From positions 229,698-293,697 of the forward strand of contig CAMYLV010000002.1 of assembly GCA_947259495.1 (NCBI GenBank): a stretch of 64,000 bases of DNA, in the 5' to 3' direction. The notes under the pieces are model-generated. The model worked only from the letters and a program-made list of their open reading frames with translations. It searched no databases and had not been told where the DNA came from. This stretch comes from an uncultured Desulfobacterales bacterium. GTDB lineage: Bacteria > Desulfobacterota > Desulfobacteria > Desulfobacterales > JAHEIW01. Both the position numbers and the translations under genes were made by a program. This document shows positions 30,621 through 40,086 of this stretch, piece after piece (the first letter of the stretch is position 1; each line of letters begins with the position of its first letter).

Positions 30621-31205
30621 TCATTTCTTTTTTTCCGTATTTTTGTTTGGATAGAATACCGCTTTAACCCGCTTTTGCGAATGGCTTTCAACTTTCATTT
30701 GTCCGGTTTTGCGATCGACGGTAATTTTTGATCCGGTTAAAATATTCTTGTTGCTTTTTAGGGTCGAATTTTCACCGATAAGAACAACGACCTGCGTTTC
30801 CAAGTCGTACTCAACGCGATCGGTTTCAGCTGTGTATTTTCCATTTGAGACCTGCACATTGCCGCTGGCGACAACTTGTTTTATGGATTCGTCGCGACCG
30901 ACTTGATTACCCGCACCATCGGGATTTGTCTGATAATAAATTCTAAGGCGATCTGAGGTTATGGCGAAGGTCCCCTGGCTGGTGCGCACATCCCCGCTAA
31001 ACTCCGCAAATTTTTCTTCATTGTTGGTTATTAATTTGTCCGCAACAATTTGAATCTGATCGTCGCCGGCATTTGCGGCCTTTTCCTGCGACTGATCCTC
31101 GGCAGCCGCCGCGGATGACAAAAGAATCGGGGCCAAGATCGTAAATAGAAATTTCATGACCCAAACCGGGTTTTTGGCTGCCTGAAAGCGTCGACGTGCT
31201 CTCAC
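30621..31205 (-). CDS. LptA/OstA family protein
   Basis: Signal peptide, IQIVADKL, FSGDV, ASGNVQV, LTGSKITVD, RVKAVF. Confidence 0.8.
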   Translation of the reverse strand: MRARRRFQAAKNPVWVMKFLFTILAPILLSSAAAAEDQSQEKAANAGDDQIQIVADKLITNNEEKFAEFSGDVRTSQGTFAITSDRLRIYYQTNPDGAGNQVGRDESIKQVVASGNVQVSNGKYTAETDRVEYDLETQVVVLIGENSTLKSNKNILTGSKITVDRKTGQMKVESHSQKRVKAVFYPNKNTEKKK

Positions 31206-31268
31206 GATTCCTCCCCTCGTTTTACATTATTCGAGCCAGATTTTTGCGGGCAAATCGGCTCAAACTCA

Positions 31269-32087
31269 TTATTTAATAATTCTGAGTCGATGGGTCTGCC
31301 GCAATTGATGCCATAATTCTTTAATGATTACGGCAGCGGCATCATCCTCATTGTGCAGCGGGTAGTCGGCAAATGTTAGACAGGATTCAGCCAGTTCTTC
31401 ATTGCCGGACCGCAGGCCAAATTTATCCAGAATGTATCTTCCTAAATATGCATTGAGATCAATCAATTCACTCTCTGTCATACTGGCGATAGTGGCCTTT
31501 TCTTTCAGGGGCAGTTCGTTGGTAAGTTTCTGGATGGCCTCCCGGACCGTTTTAGGTTGTTTTGCAAATCTGCTGCGATTTTTTCCCTGAAAACCCACTG
31601 CTTGCGGCTGGGCAGTTTTCATCATTTCCAAATAATGGACGCTTTCAATCAGCTTAAGCACCGCGCTGTAAATTTGATCGTCTTTGCTGGCCCGAGGCCC
31701 GGCGACATTTAAAATTTCGATTTCATTTTCGTCCAGCCAGGAACGAATTAGGGTTGCGGCTTTAAAGGCGGGCGTTTTACTTAAATCAATATGCAACCAG
31801 GGGCGATGGTGTTTAATCGCCATCTTACGGGTGTAGTCAGAACCTTCGCTCAAGCGACCGTGGCTGATGATTAGAGTGCCGCTTGAATCGATAACGTTTT
31901 GCTCAGTTCTCAGTGGGTAACTGCTGCTGGGCATTTCCGTTAAATTGTATTCATCCGGCAGGGGCCCATCTTCGGTTAAGCGGCCTTTCGGAACCCAGCC
32001 GCCGTGCAGAATGCCCAGTTTTATGGCGGCATCCAGGGCCGCCTGGTCTGCGCCGGTCTGGCCGCCTGAAATAATTTTCCGAATCAT
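31269..32087 (-). CDS. Putative molybdenum carrier / SLOG-family protein with an extra C-terminal helical domain
   Basis: KIISGGQTGADQAALD, GGWVPKG, RTEQNVIDS, LNVAGPRAS. Confidence 0.8.
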   Translation of the reverse strand: MIRKIISGGQTGADQAALDAAIKLGILHGGWVPKGRLTEDGPLPDEYNLTEMPSSSYPLRTEQNVIDSSGTLIISHGRLSEGSDYTRKMAIKHHRPWLHIDLSKTPAFKAATLIRSWLDENEIEILNVAGPRASKDDQIYSAVLKLIESVHYLEMMKTAQPQAVGFQGKNRSRFAKQPKTVREAIQKLTNELPLKEKATIASMTESELIDLNAYLGRYILDKFGLRSGNEELAESCLTFADYPLHNEDDAAAVIIKELWHQLRQTHRLRIIK

Positions 32088-32093
32088 GTTGAT

Positions 32094-32426
32094 TTAATCT
32101 TCAATATTACCCGTTTTTTGGTATTCCCGCTGAATGCGCTTGAGCATATTGAAAAGCTCTTCTTTGGAAAATATACCCTTTTCAATCAATAGCTGAGCGA
32201 TGGCATCCAGCTGCATGGAATTGGCCATTAGAAGATCTTGTATAGTCGCGATTTCATTTGTTTCACCCTTGTCTGTCGCGACGATACTGCCGTCTTCCAA
32301 TGCTTTTCTTCTGTCTCTGCCACTTCGCCTTTCTGGGCCATCATGCGGTGCAATGATCCATCTACGGTCTAATCCCGAGCGCCTGTTTTTGTCATCTTCA
32401 GCACTTGATTTTTTGGATTTGGCCAT
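32094..32426 (-). CDS. Hypothetical protein with tandem RRSGxDRR motifs
   Basis: NRRSGLDRR...ERRSGRDRR and C-terminal QLLIEKGIFSKEEL; AAGGA RBS. Confidence 0.7.
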   Translation of the reverse strand: MAKSKKSSAEDDKNRRSGLDRRWIIAPHDGPERRSGRDRRKALEDGSIVATDKGETNEIATIQDLLMANSMQLDAIAQLLIEKGIFSKEELFNMLKRIQREYQKTGNIED

Positions 32427-32574
32427 AAGATAAATTCCTTTAATGATCGAAGTTTAAAAGATTAAATCCAAGCTTAAAAGCTATATCGAATTTAAGGACA
32501 AGATTTAGCGGTTAAAAGATGAATGCTATATAGTACAATTGTCCAGGCGGGTCAAAGAAATAAAACCGCAATTG

Positions 32575-32676
32575 TATAGGGGTTGTCAAAAAAACGTCGC
32601 GGTATTCAAACGTTTTTTCTACAACCTCTTATGCCGCACTACCGTATTCCGGAACATTATTATGGAAAACGGTATA
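32575..32676. repeat. ~102-bp dispersed double-hairpin element, copy 3
   Basis: TATAGGGGTTGTCAAAAAAACGT...ACGTTTTTTCTACAACCTCT-TATGCCGC...ACGGTATA. Confidence 0.85.
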
Positions 32677-32708
32677 AATACGGGGGAAAGGGATTTGAAA
32701 GCGGGTAC

Positions 32709-32744
32709 AAAAAAAGGCCTAGACCCATGTCTAAACCTTTTTTT
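32709..32744 (-). terminator. Intrinsic terminator downstream of tRNA-fMet
   Basis: Minus strand AGGTTTAGAC-ATGG-GTCTAGGCCT followed by a U tract. Confidence 0.8.
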
Positions 32745-32750
32745 ACGGAC

Positions 32751-32827
<77 letters not shown>

Positions 32828-32851
32828 TCAAATACACCCTTAAAGCAGAAT

Positions 32852-32880
32852 TTAATACCTGAATCGCTGATGTTAGTCAA
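32852..32880 (-). promoter_or_regulatory. Putative sigma70 promoter of the tRNA
   Basis: TTGACT-17 nt-TATTAA, about 25 nt upstream of the tRNA. Confidence 0.55.
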
Positions 32881-32947
32881 GGGCTTTCTTTGGCTCGGCT
32901 AGCCGGTTGGCCCATTTACCGGTTGGCCCGTTCATCTGTTGCGCAGG

Positions 32948-33268
32948 CTATTTAATTAATTGGTTAATTTGTTGTTTCAGATGCGTATATTCCTCTGCGG
33001 ATGGCGGAGTTTGCTTGGGTTTTAAAAGAACCGTTTTCGTCCGGCTATTGTGCCCGGTTATGATTTCAAGTGAGGAAGAAGATACCGAGAGACGTTTTGC
33101 CAGGAATTTAACGCACATCTTATTGGCGGCGCCGTCAACCGGCGGCGCAGCTATTTTGACTTTAAGGCCGTCTGCATGCAAGCCGACGATCATATTTTTA
33201 GAAGATCGCGGCTGAACGAAGACTTTGAATATGATGCCCTGAGAATTTTCGCGGATAGACAACATCAT
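32948..33268 (-). CDS. DUF167 (YggU) family protein
   Basis: VFVQPRSS, LKVKIAAPPVDGAAN, GHNSRTK. Confidence 0.9.
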   Translation of the reverse strand: MMLSIRENSQGIIFKVFVQPRSSKNMIVGLHADGLKVKIAAPPVDGAANKMCVKFLAKRLSVSSSSLEIITGHNSRTKTVLLKPKQTPPSAEEYTHLKQQINQLIK

Positions 33269-33298
33269 TTCAATTGAAAATGCCCCCTCCTTGATGAC

Positions 33299-34768
33299 TT
33301 AGGCTTTTTGGGGATTGTCGATGCGATTATCTCTGATGGTATTGATAATGCGGCTGGATGATATGTCTTCCGTAACCGGAATAATTTCAACCCGTCCACC
33401 GAAGCGTTCAACGATTTCACGCCCTATTACCATATCGGTTCCATAATTGCTGCCTTTGGTCAGCACGGCGGGGCGCAGGGTTTCAATAAGATCATTTAAC
33501 TGGTGCGATGAAAAGACGACCACATAATCCACACTGTCCAGGGCGCTGATGATTCGTAAACGTTCGGCAGCTTTTATGACCGGACGTCCGGGACCTTTGA
33601 GTTTTTTAACGGATGCATCGTCGTCGATGGCGACGACCAATATATCTCCCAGCTGCTTGGAGGCGGACAATAACATGATGTGACCCACGTGCAGCAGGTC
33701 AAAGCATCCATTGGTCAGTACAATGCGTTTGCCGTTTTTTTGCAGCGTTTGCACTAAGGCTGAAAGCTCCGCCACCGTTTTTTGTTTATGCAGGGTAGGG
33801 TCTGGAATCAGATTAAGGCTATCCGCCAGCTCTGTATTAGAAACGGTGGCGGTTCCCACCTTTCCGACAACAATTCCGGCGGCGGTGTTTGCCAGAGCAA
33901 CAGCCTCCCTGATGGAATATCCGGCGGCCATTCCCAAACCCAGAACGGCCAGAACGGTATCGCCTGCGCCCGACACGTCGAAAACCTGGCGGGCTTTGGT
34001 GCCGATTCGATAAGGGCGCGCATTCCGCTCGAAATAGACCATTCCGTCTTTGCCACAGGTGACCAGAATTTTATCAATACCGGTTTTTTCGATAAGGCGC
34101 CGTGCCGCTTCAGCCAGTGTTTGATCATCAACAATTTCGATACCCGCGGCCAATGCCGTTTCTCTTTGATTGGGCGTTATGAATGACGCGCCGGCATATT
34201 TTTCATAATCCAGACCTTGCGGGTCAACAATGAGCAGTTTGCCGTGTTTTTGAGCTGCAGAATTCAGTTTTTTCATCAACGCTTTGCTAATCAGCCCCTT
34301 GCCGTAATCTGAGACCAGAATCAAATCGGTATCGGCAATCTTTTTTTCAGCTGAGTGTAGAATCTGATTAATTATTTGCCGATTGATTTCGGTTTTTACT
34401 TCTCGGTCAAATCGCAGCACATGCTGATGATTGGCAATTATGCGGGTCTTGCGGGTTGTCGGCCGCTGTTGGTCCTGGATAACCCCCGCGGTATCGACAC
34501 CCAGGGCATTCAATTGCTTGAGCACCAGTTGGCCGTCGGGCCCGCATCCGATCACGCCCACGGCAGAGACTTTGGCTCCCAGGGCAGCTAGGTTGCTGAT
34601 AACATTTCCAGCGCCACCCAGCGTTTGTTCCTCGCTGCTAACCGATACAATCTGGACAGGCGCTTCCGGTGAAATGCGTTCGGCATCGCCCCACAGATAT
34701 GCATCGACCATTAAATCGCCCACCACCAGGATGCGGCATTCTGTAAATTTTTTCATGTCGATCGTCAT
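33299..34768 (-). CDS. hldE: Bifunctional heptose-7-phosphate kinase / heptose-1-phosphate adenylyltransferase
   Basis: RISPEAPV, SDYGKG, DVSGAGDT kinase domain plus TNGCFDLLHVGH nucleotidyltransferase domain. Confidence 0.93.
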   Translation of the reverse strand: MTIDMKKFTECRILVVGDLMVDAYLWGDAERISPEAPVQIVSVSSEEQTLGGAGNVISNLAALGAKVSAVGVIGCGPDGQLVLKQLNALGVDTAGVIQDQQRPTTRKTRIIANHQHVLRFDREVKTEINRQIINQILHSAEKKIADTDLILVSDYGKGLISKALMKKLNSAAQKHGKLLIVDPQGLDYEKYAGASFITPNQRETALAAGIEIVDDQTLAEAARRLIEKTGIDKILVTCGKDGMVYFERNARPYRIGTKARQVFDVSGAGDTVLAVLGLGMAAGYSIREAVALANTAAGIVVGKVGTATVSNTELADSLNLIPDPTLHKQKTVAELSALVQTLQKNGKRIVLTNGCFDLLHVGHIMLLSASKQLGDILVVAIDDDASVKKLKGPGRPVIKAAERLRIISALDSVDYVVVFSSHQLNDLIETLRPAVLTKGSNYGTDMVIGREIVERFGGRVEIIPVTEDISSSRIINTIRDNRIDNPQKA

Positions 34769-34837
34769 TTAATCATTTTTCCGGCGATTTGGGGATGAAA
34801 CCCAAACATGTGCTGTAATTGGGTCATTAACCTAATT

Positions 34838-35263
34838 TTAGGGTTTTTGGTTATTTTTCTCAATGATTTCTTTGATAAACTTGGGCGGTCGAATCACCTT
34901 GCCATCGCGATTCAAGCAAGCATGCTTGGTATAGCCCTGTGCCAGAAGCGTTTGTGCGTCTTCACTGAATACCTGATAATCAAACTTAATAGCGCCTTTT
35001 AGTCGGGTGTCCAATGACGTTGCAATGATCAAAAGATCATCATACTTGGCTGGCAGCAAATATTTACAATAGGTCTCTGCAACCGGCAGAAATAGGCCCC
35101 GGCTTTCAACTGACGCATAGGCAAGTCCCAGTGATCGGAATAATTCGTTGCGACCGATTTCAAACCATCTAAAGTAATTACCATAGTAAGCCTGCCCCAT
35201 ATTATCCGTGTCGCCATAGATCACACGGCAGGTCGTTTTGTGAGTTGGCATGCGCATCCTCAA
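34838..35263 (-). CDS. Acyl-CoA thioesterase, YbgC/FadM family (start uncertain)
   Basis: RVIYGDTDNMGQAYYGNYFRWFEIGR, PAKYDD hotdog-fold motifs. Confidence 0.85.
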   Translation of the reverse strand: MRMRMPTHKTTCRVIYGDTDNMGQAYYGNYFRWFEIGRNELFRSLGLAYASVESRGLFLPVAETYCKYLLPAKYDDLLIIATSLDTRLKGAIKFDYQVFSEDAQTLLAQGYTKHACLNRDGKVIRPPKFIKEIIEKNNQKP

Positions 35264-35282
35264 AATAAAGGATTGAGTAGTG

Positions 35283-35888
35283 CTATCGGTTTATTATTTT
35301 TTGAATTTCTCGTTTTACTTCCGTATAATTCGTCGTAATCGGAAATTGTGGAAATTCAACTTTAACATTATCGGGTGGGCGAAACAGAACGGCCTTTTCG
35401 GCTACTTTGAGCATGGTGATGTCATTATACGAATCGCCGATGGCAATAACCTTATAATTCAAATTTTTAAGTGCCGCTGCCACCTTTCTTTTACCATCTT
35501 TCTGACGCAGGTTATATCCGGAAATTGACCCGTCAGCCGCAACCGAAAGCGTGTTGCAAAAAAGCGTTGGCCAGCCCAGCTTTTCAAGCAAAGGGCCTGC
35601 AAATTCCACATACGTGTCCGATACGATAATGACCTGAAGCCGAGAACGAAGCCAGTTCAGAAAGTCTAGCGCACCATCCAGCGGCTCCATTTTAGAAATG
35701 ACCGCCTGGATATCCCGAAGTTTCAAGCCATGTTTGCCTAAAATGGACAGACGCTTTTGCATCAACACATCATAATCGGAAATATCGCGGGTCGTCAGCC
35801 TGAGTTCTTCTATGCCGGTCCTTTCAGCCACATTTATCCAGATCTCCGGCGTAAAAATACCTTCCATATCAGCGCAAACAAGGTACAT
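35283..35888 (-). CDS. thrH: Phosphoserine:homoserine phosphotransferase
   Basis: DMEGIFTPEIW, TTRDISDYDVLM, SDT, GDSYND (HAD family); next to hom. Confidence 0.92.
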   Translation of the reverse strand: MYLVCADMEGIFTPEIWINVAERTGIEELRLTTRDISDYDVLMQKRLSILGKHGLKLRDIQAVISKMEPLDGALDFLNWLRSRLQVIIVSDTYVEFAGPLLEKLGWPTLFCNTLSVAADGSISGYNLRQKDGKRKVAAALKNLNYKVIAIGDSYNDITMLKVAEKAVLFRPPDNVKVEFPQFPITTNYTEVKREIQKIINR

Positions 35889-35962
35889 GATTTTCTCTTC
35901 CGCCTAAAGTGAGCGTTTCAGATGCTACCATTTTTTTTTATTTGAAACGCTCAATTTAGGAC

Positions 35963-37276
35963 TTAATCAAGTTGTTCGTCTTCAATTCGAACCAGCATTG
36001 TCGGTTCGCTGACCACATCCAGACGGTTGATTTCTGTCAACGCTTTTTGCACATCGGCCTCTTTGGCCAGGTGACTGACCATAACAACCGGCACGGAACC
36101 GTTGGTTTTCCTTCCCTTTTGCTGCATCGATTGAATGCTGATATCATGGCGGCCTAAAATTCCCGATATGGTCGACAGCACACCCGGCCTATCAAGGGCC
36201 GCAAAACGAAAATAGTAATGCGTTACAATTTCATCCATCGGCATGATTTTTATGTTTTGGATATGCTCCCTTTGAACCGAAAGGGCCGGAATCCGACGCG
36301 TTGTTCCGGCCATCAGATTGCGGGCAATATCCACGGCGTCACTGATTACCGCACTGGCGGTGGGCATCATACCAGCGCCTCTTCCGTATAACATGATATC
36401 ACCTACCGCGTCGCCGGAGACCATGATGGCATTGACCGTACCGTTGACATTTGAAAGCAGGTTGTCAAACGGGATCATGGTCGGGTGGACCCGGGCCTCT
36501 ACCTGATTGCCTTTGTTTTTGCTGATGGCCAACAGCTTGATTCGATATCCGAACTGTTCCGCAAAAGCGACATCCAGCGGTGTAATTTTTGAAATACCTT
36601 CAATGTATACATCCGGCAAATTAATGTTCATCCCGTATGCCAGCGCCGTTAAAATCGCAATTTTATGAGCGGTATCGATCCCATCGACATCAAGGGAAGG
36701 ATCGGCTTCGGCATAACCTTTTTGCTGTGCTTCCGACAAGGCATCGTCAAAAGGCATTCTTTCGCCCGTAATTTTCGTTAAAATATAATTACAGGTGCCG
36801 TTCAATATACCGGTCATCGAATGGATGCGATTGGCAACCAATGATTCTCGCAGGGATTTGATAATCGGCATGCACCCGCCCACTGCAGCTTCAAAGGCCA
36901 GATCCACTCCTTCTTCTGCAGCCGCCTTAAACAGCATGTTGCCCTGACTGGCCAAAAGCGCTTTGTTGGCGGTGATCACTTGCTGGCCGTTTGCAATGGC
37001 CTTTAAAATAAGCTCCTTGGCAATGCCTTCCCCGCCGATCATTTCAACGATGATTTCAATGTCAGGATCATTGACGACTGCATGTGCGTCGGTGGTCAGC
37101 ACGCCTTGCGCAAACTGTATGCCTCTGTCTGTTTCGATATCAAGATCGGCAACGCGTTTTAAATTCAAGGTCGCGCCCAGCCGTGCGGCAATCACCGGGT
37201 TGCTTTCGATCAGCAATTTTGCCACCCCGGTACCCACCGTACCGCAGCCGAGCAAACCCACGTTTATCGTTTTCAT
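35963..37276 (-). CDS. hom: Homoserine dehydrogenase with C-terminal ACT domain
   Basis: GCGTVGTG, TANKAL, FEAAVGG, GILNGTCN, GYAEADP, DRPGVL. Confidence 0.95.
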   Translation of the reverse strand: MKTINVGLLGCGTVGTGVAKLLIESNPVIAARLGATLNLKRVADLDIETDRGIQFAQGVLTTDAHAVVNDPDIEIIVEMIGGEGIAKELILKAIANGQQVITANKALLASQGNMLFKAAAEEGVDLAFEAAVGGCMPIIKSLRESLVANRIHSMTGILNGTCNYILTKITGERMPFDDALSEAQQKGYAEADPSLDVDGIDTAHKIAILTALAYGMNINLPDVYIEGISKITPLDVAFAEQFGYRIKLLAISKNKGNQVEARVHPTMIPFDNLLSNVNGTVNAIMVSGDAVGDIMLYGRGAGMMPTASAVISDAVDIARNLMAGTTRRIPALSVQREHIQNIKIMPMDEIVTHYYFRFAALDRPGVLSTISGILGRHDISIQSMQQKGRKTNGSVPVVMVSHLAKEADVQKALTEINRLDVVSEPTMLVRIEDEQLD

Positions 37277-37373
37277 TTAAGCAACTCCTTTATCGTTCTT
37301 AAAGCTTTTTTATGAATTCGATTTTCCGGCTGCCAGAGGCGAACAGCCAGCGGCCAGGGGCCAACAGTCAGAA

Positions 37374-38540
37374 TCACATAATCTTCCTTATTCCGCGGAT
37401 GGCCTGATTAATCCGCATGGGATTTTCAATCAACGCAAAACGCACATAAGCATCTCCGTATTCGCCGAATCCCAGACCCGGCGATACGGCAACCTGGGCC
37501 TCTTGGATCAGGAACTTAGCAAATTCGACCGATCCCATTTCTAAAAATTTTTTGGGGATCTTTGCCCATACAAACATGGTGCCTTTAGGGCTTTGAATAT
37601 TCCAGCCAAGGCGGTTGAGGCCGTTGACGAGTGCGTCTCTTCTTTCCCGGTAGGTATCACGGATGTGTTCGACACATTCATATGGTCCGTTTAAGGCAAT
37701 GATCGATGCGATCTGGATCGGCTGAAAAATTCCATAATCAAGGTAGCTTTTTATGCGGCCTAACGCAGCCACTATTTGAGCATTGCCCGTACAAAAACCC
37801 ACACGCCATCCCGGCATACTGTAGCTTTTTGACAAAGAGAAAAACTCGACACCGACTTCTTTGGCGCCTTTAGCCTGTAAAAAGCTTGGGGCTTTATACC
37901 CGTCAAACACCAGATCTGCATAGGCGAAGTCGTGGATAACCATAATGTTGTGTTCTTTGGCATAATCGACGATTTTTTGAAAAAAAGCCAGATCGACAAC
38001 CTCGGTAGTGGGGTTGTGGGGATAACTGATGATCAGTACTTTGGGTCGTGGCCAGGTGGTTTTGGTCGCTGACAGCAGATTTTCAAAAAAATCGGCCTCG
38101 GGTCCCAGTGGTATGCCCCGGACATCCCCACCAGAGATGATAGCAGAATACGGATGAATGGGGTAGGTCGGATTGGGCGCAAAAACGACATCCCCGGGTC
38201 GAATCGTGACCAGAATTAAATGCGACATGCCCTCCTTAACACCTATGGTTGCGATCGCTTCTTTGTCAGGATCGATATCAACGTTAAATCTGCGCCCATA
38301 CCAGTTTGCGATGGCCATTCGCAGTTTGGTGATCCCCATTGAGGCTGAGTAGCGATGATTATGCGGTTTCTGAGCTGATTCAATCAGTTTGTCGACAATA
38401 TGTTGCGGGGTCCCCAGATCCGGATTTCCCATTCCCAGGTCAATTATGTCTTCACCCGCCCGCCGGGCTTTCATTTTTATTTCGTTAACGGTTGCGAATA
38501 CATACGGCGGCAGGCGGTCCAGTCTGGCAAAGGCAAACAT
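37374..38540 (-). CDS. PLP-dependent class I/II aminotransferase (AlaC / LL-DAP aminotransferase-like)
   Basis: [38 protein letters not shown]. Confidence 0.9.
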   Translation of the reverse strand: MFAFARLDRLPPYVFATVNEIKMKARRAGEDIIDLGMGNPDLGTPQHIVDKLIESAQKPHNHRYSASMGITKLRMAIANWYGRRFNVDIDPDKEAIATIGVKEGMSHLILVTIRPGDVVFAPNPTYPIHPYSAIISGGDVRGIPLGPEADFFENLLSATKTTWPRPKVLIISYPHNPTTEVVDLAFFQKIVDYAKEHNIMVIHDFAYADLVFDGYKAPSFLQAKGAKEVGVEFFSLSKSYSMPGWRVGFCTGNAQIVAALGRIKSYLDYGIFQPIQIASIIALNGPYECVEHIRDTYRERRDALVNGLNRLGWNIQSPKGTMFVWAKIPKKFLEMGSVEFAKFLIQEAQVAVSPGLGFGEYGDAYVRFALIENPMRINQAIRGIRKIM

Positions 38541-38793
38541 CGGCTACTCCAGATGCGCATTTGCGATGCGCAATTTCATTTTATTGACAAAATTGGAACA
38601 AACCCGAAGATGATTTGACTTTCGACTTCGCTGACGATTACAAAAAATTGCTTTGACTTTTATGCCGGATCAGATTAATTTTCAAGGGTTTTTCTTATAA
38701 ATTGTCAACCTTGCCAAAATGCATTTTCTGATCAATTTGAGAATTCGGCACCATCGGTGACCCGAAAACAGGCGCAATATCCAGGAGATCAAC

Positions 38794-39837
38794 ATGAAGG
38801 AGTCATTAACCTATGCCGACGCCGGCGTTGATATTGACAAGGCCAATAAGCTGGTCGATGCCATCGGGAAAATAGCCAAACAAACCGCGCGCCCCGGTGT
38901 AATGAGCGATATCGGTGGATTTGGCGGCCTTTTTTCTCTTAATCTGGCCAATCTGGAAAGACCGGTTTTGGTCAGCTCGACCGATGGTGTCGGAACCAAG
39001 CTTAAGATTGCATTTATGCTGGATAAACACGATACCGTCGGCATTGATTTGGTGGCAATGTGCATCAACGATATCATCGTTCAGGGTGCAAAGCCACTTT
39101 TCTTTCTCGATTATCTTTCAATGGGTAAACTCGACCAGCAGCGCGCAACCGATATCATTACGGGAATTGCCCAGGGATGCAAGCAGTCGCAATGTGCCTT
39201 GTTGGGTGGTGAAACCGCTGAGATGCCCGGCTTTTACCCGGAGAATGAATATGATCTGGCCGGTTTCACCGTGGGCGTTGTCGATAACAGCAAGATTATC
39301 GACGGGAGCGGAATACGGGTGGGTCATAAACTCATCGGCATCAGCTCCAGCGGCCTCCACAGCAATGGGTATTCACTGGCCCGTAAAGTTTGTTTTGAGG
39401 TACTTCAACTCAAAAGTGACGCACACGTGCCAGAGCTGGGCAAAACCATTGGTGAAGAATTGCTGACACCGACTAAGATTTATGCCGCAACCATCAATGC
39501 GCTTCTAAAGGACCTGCCGATCCATGGAATTGCGCATATTACCGGTGGCGGCATACCGGATAATATTGTCAGAATTGTGCCCCAGGCCTGCAGCATCTTA
39601 ATTCGTGAAGAAAGCTGGAAAATTCCGCCCATATTTTCTTTTCTGCAGAAGGGCGGCAACATATCCGCTGAAGAAATGGCACACACATTCAATATGGGCA
39701 TTGGCATGATCGTTGTGGTCCCCGATCACGCCGTCGTGGATGTCATGCAGCGCATTGAGGCGCTGGACGAACATGCTTATGTTATTGGTGAAATTCTGGA
39801 CTGCAAAGAAGCCGGCAAACGCCTGCTGTGGGAGTAA
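38794..39837 (+). CDS. purM: Phosphoribosylformylglycinamidine cyclo-ligase
   Basis: YADAGVDI, STDGVGTK, GGETAEMPG, SSGLHSNGYSL, HITGGG, TFNMGIG. Confidence 0.97.
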   Translation: MKESLTYADAGVDIDKANKLVDAIGKIAKQTARPGVMSDIGGFGGLFSLNLANLERPVLVSSTDGVGTKLKIAFMLDKHDTVGIDLVAMCINDIIVQGAKPLFFLDYLSMGKLDQQRATDIITGIAQGCKQSQCALLGGETAEMPGFYPENEYDLAGFTVGVVDNSKIIDGSGIRVGHKLIGISSSGLHSNGYSLARKVCFEVLQLKSDAHVPELGKTIGEELLTPTKIYAATINALLKDLPIHGIAHITGGGIPDNIVRIVPQACSILIREESWKIPPIFSFLQKGGNISAEEMAHTFNMGIGMIVVVPDHAVVDVMQRIEALDEHAYVIGEILDCKEAGKRLLWE

Positions 39838-39839
39838 AG

Positions 39840-39965
39840 GTGTCCGCAAACAAAGGCGGCCAGAAAGCCGCTACAGCCACACTGATGAATTGGGCAAAAA
39901 AAATAAGCCGTATCTTTGACTGGGTAGCCAAGGGGCAGTCTGCCAGCTCACACTGCAAGGGATGA
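39840..39965 (+). CDS. Possible 41-aa small protein, not in the ORF track
   Basis: GTG 2 nt after the purM stop, with GGAG upstream: (M)SANKGGQKAATATLMNWAKKISRIFDWVAKGQSASSHCKG*. Confidence 0.4.
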   Translation: MSANKGGQKAATATLMNWAKKISRIFDWVAKGQSASSHCKG

Positions 39966-40086
39966 GCCGGCGGCAACGCCGATACTCGGAGAGTATTCAA
40001 AAAGAAGAAAAGCTTTTTATGACATAAATAAAACCTATTTTTCAGCAACCGCGATTCAATTCGGTATTTATATCTTAACGCAACCC

